A stretch of 58,434 nt of DNA from the NCBI GenBank assembly GCA_036399715.1, contig DASWMO010000138.1:1-58434 (forward strand). The letters are read 5' to 3'. This document shows, in pieces, positions 55,256 to 58,434 of this stretch. This stretch comes from Rubricoccaceae bacterium (lineage in GTDB: Bacteria > Bacteroidota > Rhodothermia > Rhodothermales > Rubricoccaceae). Position numbers and translations under genes: made by a program. Every line of letters starts with the position of its first letter. The first letter of the stretch is position 1. The notes under the pieces are model-generated. The model had not been told where the DNA came from, made no database searches, and saw only the letters and a program-made list of their open reading frames with translations.

Positions 55256-57328
55256 TCACACCTCGGCGGTGCGCCGCCGCGAGGCGACGGCCGTCTCGGC
55301 GACGAGCGCGACGAGCGCGAGCGCGAGCGCCCACGTCCACAGCGGCGTCCCCGTGCCGGAAGCGGCCGCCAGCCCCGCCCCGCCGCGGCCGTCGACGAGC
55401 CGCACGGGCCGGCCGGTGAGGGCTTCGAGGCGCCGCGCTGCCTCGGATGGCTCCAGCAGCGCCGGGTCAGACTCGCGGGCGGCTTCGTTGACAGCGACAG
55501 TCCGGAGCAGGCGCTCGCCCTGCATCACGCGGTACAGGCCCGTCTCGGTCGCTGCGTCGAGGCTCAGCACGACGCCTCCGGCGACCGCCCGCTGCTCGGC
55601 TGCGACGGCGCGTCCCCCCGGCCCGACGAGGCGGAGCGCGCCGGCCGCTGCGGTCTCGACGCGGACCGACCGCACGTCGTCGGGCGAGGCGGCGTCGCCG
55701 AGCGACGTCCCGGACGCGAGGTAGGCAATCGACCGCACGACGAGTGGCACGAAGAGGCTGCGCTCCGTCAGGTCACTCCACGCCGGGTCTGCAGCGACGC
55801 CGAACAGGAGCGTCCGGCCCGCGCCGCGGCGGATCTCGTGGAGCAGCGGCGGCCCGGCCGAAAGCTGCATCACCGTCCGCTCGTCGCCCCGCCCGGGCGT
55901 GTAGCGCGCGGCGAACCGCACGTCCGGGCTCTCGACCGTCGGCGTGGGGGTGTCGAAGAGGCCAGCGAAAATCGGGTGGCGGAGATCAGTCGAGGCGAGG
56001 CCACCGATGGGCGGGCCTCCGCGCGCGCCGACGGTCCCGGCGATGCGCCCGCCACCGAGCGCGGCGAGGGCCGGGTTGAGCGCCTCGGGCGCGTCGCCGG
56101 GGAAGGCGAGCACGCCGCCGCCACGCGCGGCGAACGCTGCGAGGCGCGCTGCGGCGGGCTGCGAGACGGCCGTCGGGCCGACGAGAATGACGACGTCCGT
56201 CCGGCTCAGATCCGCCCCGCCGAGCGCGCCTTCGGCGGTCTCCGTCAGGGCCAGCCCGCCCGACTCGGCGGCGACGCCGAGCGCGAGCAGCAGGCGGTCC
56301 GCCCGGGCGCCGTCGCCGCGGACGACGAGGACGCGCGGCGGCGGCGGGACGTGGAGGGCGAACGCCCGGGAGTCGTCCCACGCGGCGCCCTCGCCTGGCG
56401 CGATCCGGACCTCGCCGCCGGACCAGCCGCGGGCGCGCGGCGTGGCCGTGAACACGACCGTCGCCGGGCGCCCGGGGACGACCTCCACCGACGCCTCGGC
56501 GACGCGCTCGCCGCCGAGTGTGAGCGTCGCCGCGACGCGCCCCGCGCGCCCGCCGAAACGCGCGACGGTCGCCTCGATGCGGACCGGCTGGCCCGGCGCG
56601 ACGATCGCGCTCGCGACGCGAACGCCCGTCACGGCCGTGTTCGGCGCGGCCTGCGCCGCGAGCGGCAGGAGCACGAGCGACACGTCCGGAGGCAGATCGA
56701 CGCGCGCCGAGTCCGTAAACGTGGACGCTTGGAGGTCACTCACGACGACGATCTCGCGCCGCGGGTGGACGGCCGCGGCGAGCCCGCTCCCGGCCCGTGC
56801 GATGGCGGCGGTCAGCGACGACGCACGCGGGGCGGCCTGGAGCGCTGCAATGGCGTCGAGGGCGGGGCCAGACGACGTGAATGGAATCGGCCGCACGTCC
56901 GGCGGCGCGGCGGTCGGGACGACCGTGCGCTCGTCGCCGGGCCCGGTCGCCTCGATGGCTGCCTCGGCGATGCGCCGGGCCTGGTCCAGCAGGGCACCGT
57001 CGGCGTCGCGGAGCGTCATCGAGCGGCTGTTATCGACCACGACGGCGAGGCTGCGCGCGCCGCGGTCGGCGAAGAGGCCACCGGCGTCGGCCGTCCGCGT
57101 CGGGCGGGCGAAGGCGAGCGCGAGGAGTGCGACCGCTGCGACGCGGAGCGCGAGCAGCAGCCACTGCCGCAGGCGCATCCGCCGCACGGCCGTCGCCTCG
57201 ACGGCCCGCAGGAAGCGGAGCGTCGGGAGGTCCACGCGGCGCGGGCGCCGGAAGTGGAACAGGTGGACCACGACCGGGATCGCGACCGCGGCGAGGCCTG
57301 CGAGCAGGAGCGGGTTGAGAAACGTCAT
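55256..57328 (-). CDS. BatA-like membrane protein with N-terminal double-transmembrane domain (TIGR02226-type) and vWA-like region
   Basis: MTFLNPLLLAGLAAVAIPVVVHLFHFRRPRRVDLPTLRFL is the characteristic aerotolerance-regulator N-terminal motif. A second TM follows, then VVVDNSRSM (a vWA MIDAS-like DxSxS). Confidence 0.75.
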   Translation of the reverse strand: MTFLNPLLLAGLAAVAIPVVVHLFHFRRPRRVDLPTLRFLRAVEATAVRRMRLRQWLLLALRVAAVALLALAFARPTRTADAGGLFADRGARSLAVVVDNSRSMTLRDADGALLDQARRIAEAAIEATGPGDERTVVPTAAPPDVRPIPFTSSGPALDAIAALQAAPRASSLTAAIARAGSGLAAAVHPRREIVVVSDLQASTFTDSARVDLPPDVSLVLLPLAAQAAPNTAVTGVRVASAIVAPGQPVRIEATVARFGGRAGRVAATLTLGGERVAEASVEVVPGRPATVVFTATPRARGWSGGEVRIAPGEGAAWDDSRAFALHVPPPPRVLVVRGDGARADRLLLALGVAAESGGLALTETAEGALGGADLSRTDVVILVGPTAVSQPAAARLAAFAARGGGVLAFPGDAPEALNPALAALGGGRIAGTVGARGGPPIGGLASTDLRHPIFAGLFDTPTPTVESPDVRFAARYTPGRGDERTVMQLSAGPPLLHEIRRGAGRTLLFGVAADPAWSDLTERSLFVPLVVRSIAYLASGTSLGDAASPDDVRSVRVETAAAGALRLVGPGGRAVAAEQRAVAGGVVLSLDAATETGLYRVMQGERLLRTVAVNEAARESDPALLEPSEAARRLEALTGRPVRLVDGRGGAGLAAASGTGTPLWTWALALALVALVAETAVASRRRTAEV

Positions 57329-57492
57329 AGCGAAAGGGTACGGACCGCAACTGAGCGTGTGTGCTTCTGTGATTTTCTCTTCCTCCGCACATTATCATCT
57401 TGAACGCTTCTAGATTGGGCCCGATTGCGGAAGCATTCTGCTTCTGCTGTACCGCTGTCCGCCGCGCCGGTGGGCCGCCATCCATCTCTCCC

Positions 57493-58434
57493 ATGCAACG
57501 GTTGCTTCTTCTCGCGATGGCCCTGGTGCTCTGCACCGGCCCGTCGTTCGCTCAGTCGTCCGAGCTAGCCCCGCCGTACACCGGGCCGGGCATCAAGCTC
57601 GCCCCCGGCGTCAGCGCCCCGCTCGGGGATGCGCAGAGTCTCGCACTCCTCTACGACAACGGCACCATCGTGACCGGCGTCGGCAATGGTGCCGGCGGTG
57701 CCAACACCAGCGCGCTCCAGAGCGCGAGCGGCCAGACCAGCTATGGCGCTGGTCACAACAACGCCGCCGCGGTGTTCGTCGCCGACGACTTCACTGTCCC
57801 GGCGGGCGGCTGGACAATCACTGACTTTGACTTTTTCTCCTACCAGACCGGTGGCAACGCCACGACGACGACCATCACAGGCGTCTTCGTTCAGATCTGG
57901 AACGGCCCGCCGGGCGTCGCCGGCAGCACGGTCATCTTCGGCGACCGAACCACCAACCGCCTCGCGTCGAGCACGTTCGCAAACATCTACCGGATCCTCG
58001 ACACGGACCCGCCGGCGACGACCACCAACCGCCCCGTCTGGCGCAACAAGGCGACGGTCAACACGACGCTCCCGGCCGGGACGTACTGGGTCGAGTGGAG
58101 CTCGACGGGTTCGCTCGCCTCGGGCCCCTGGGTCCCGCCGCTGACGGCGGTCGGCACGCCGCCGGCAGGCAACGCGCGCCAGGAGATCAGCGGAGCCTAT
58201 GCCCCGCTCCTCGACGGCACGACGCCGCTCGACCTCCCGTTCATCGTCAACGGCACGGCGGGCACGCCGACGGGCCCGCAGCTGAGCGCGACGCCGTCGT
58301 CGGTCGCGTTCGGCCAGGTCGCCGTCGGCACGACGAGCACGCCGCGGACGGTGACGCTGACCAACAACGGCACCGCCGCGACGACGATCACGTCGATCAC
58401 GGGCTCGGGCGCACCGTTCACGGTCAACACCACC
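57493..58434 (+). CDS. Secreted protein, partial (C-terminus runs off the right edge); the end resembles a choice-of-anchor-D/ASH-like Ig domain
   Basis: It is not in the ORF track. Hand translation from the ATG at 57493 gives MQRLLLLAMALVLCTGPSFAQ (signal peptide), then 314 codons without a stop. The last part, LSATPSSVAFGQVAVGTTSTPRTVTLTNNGTAATTITSITGSGAPFTV, is typical of that domain type. Confidence 0.6.
   Translation, partial: MQRLLLLAMALVLCTGPSFAQSSELAPPYTGPGIKLAPGVSAPLGDAQSLALLYDNGTIVTGVGNGAGGANTSALQSASGQTSYGAGHNNAAAVFVADDFTVPAGGWTITDFDFFSYQTGGNATTTTITGVFVQIWNGPPGVAGSTVIFGDRTTNRLASSTFANIYRILDTDPPATTTNRPVWRNKATVNTTLPAGTYWVEWSSTGSLASGPWVPPLTAVGTPPAGNARQEISGAYAPLLDGTTPLDLPFIVNGTAGTPTGPQLSATPSSVAFGQVAVGTTSTPRTVTLTNNGTAATTITSITGSGAPFTVNTT

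Noticed and set aside
53247-55724. 825-aa plus-strand ORF, one of the longest in the track
   Set aside because: It is antisense to hflX and to the BatA-like gene, both of which have clear motifs. Its product is Arg/Ala/Ser-rich with no motifs. It is a shadow ORF.

Overview
The window is very GC-rich, so the six-frame track is full of long Arg/Pro/Gly-rich shadow ORFs. I chose real genes by recognisable protein motifs, signal peptides, high third-position GC, and tight or overlapping start/stop junctions. It is mostly a housekeeping, origin-proximal chromosome segment with about 58 credible CDSs. I saw no rRNA, tRNA, CRISPR, transposase or integrase. The gene content (LemA/TPM, DUF4159, Bat-like double-TM protein) would fit a high-GC Bacteroidota/Rhodothermota-like organism, but this is only a guess.

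Recognisable blocks:
- yceD-rpmF-plsX-fabH-fabD-fabG, on the minus strand
- dnaA-dnaN
- an ECF sigma operon with DoxX, VOC and RibD_C genes
- a coupled nei, ATP-dependent DNA ligase and DHH phosphoesterase operon
- S41 peptidase, tatC, glyA, pgi, comEC, nusB, ychF, gyrB and hflX
- a lipid/glycosyl cluster: GT4, a beta-barrel-like protein, an alpha-oxoamine synthase and a GtrB-like GT2

Most interesting non-routine signals:
1. A 550-bp non-coding island between pgi and comEC holds at least 13 DnaA-box-like 9-mers and a 35% GC unwinding-like element. It is a candidate oriC about 19 kb from dnaA. A second, smaller DnaA-box trio sits just upstream of dnaA.
2. Twelve exactly phased 21-bp tandem repeats with a palindromic CCGAGCTCGG-type core lie in a convergent intergenic region. 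Next to them is a perfect 29-bp duplication of the 3' end of the upstream gene.
3. The nei-ligase-DHH operon may be a self-contained excision-repair module. It is divergent from a SnoaL-fused ECF sigma operon.

I cannot show that any of these is a truly novel system from sequence alone. All functional assignments come from reading motifs by eye, not from searches.
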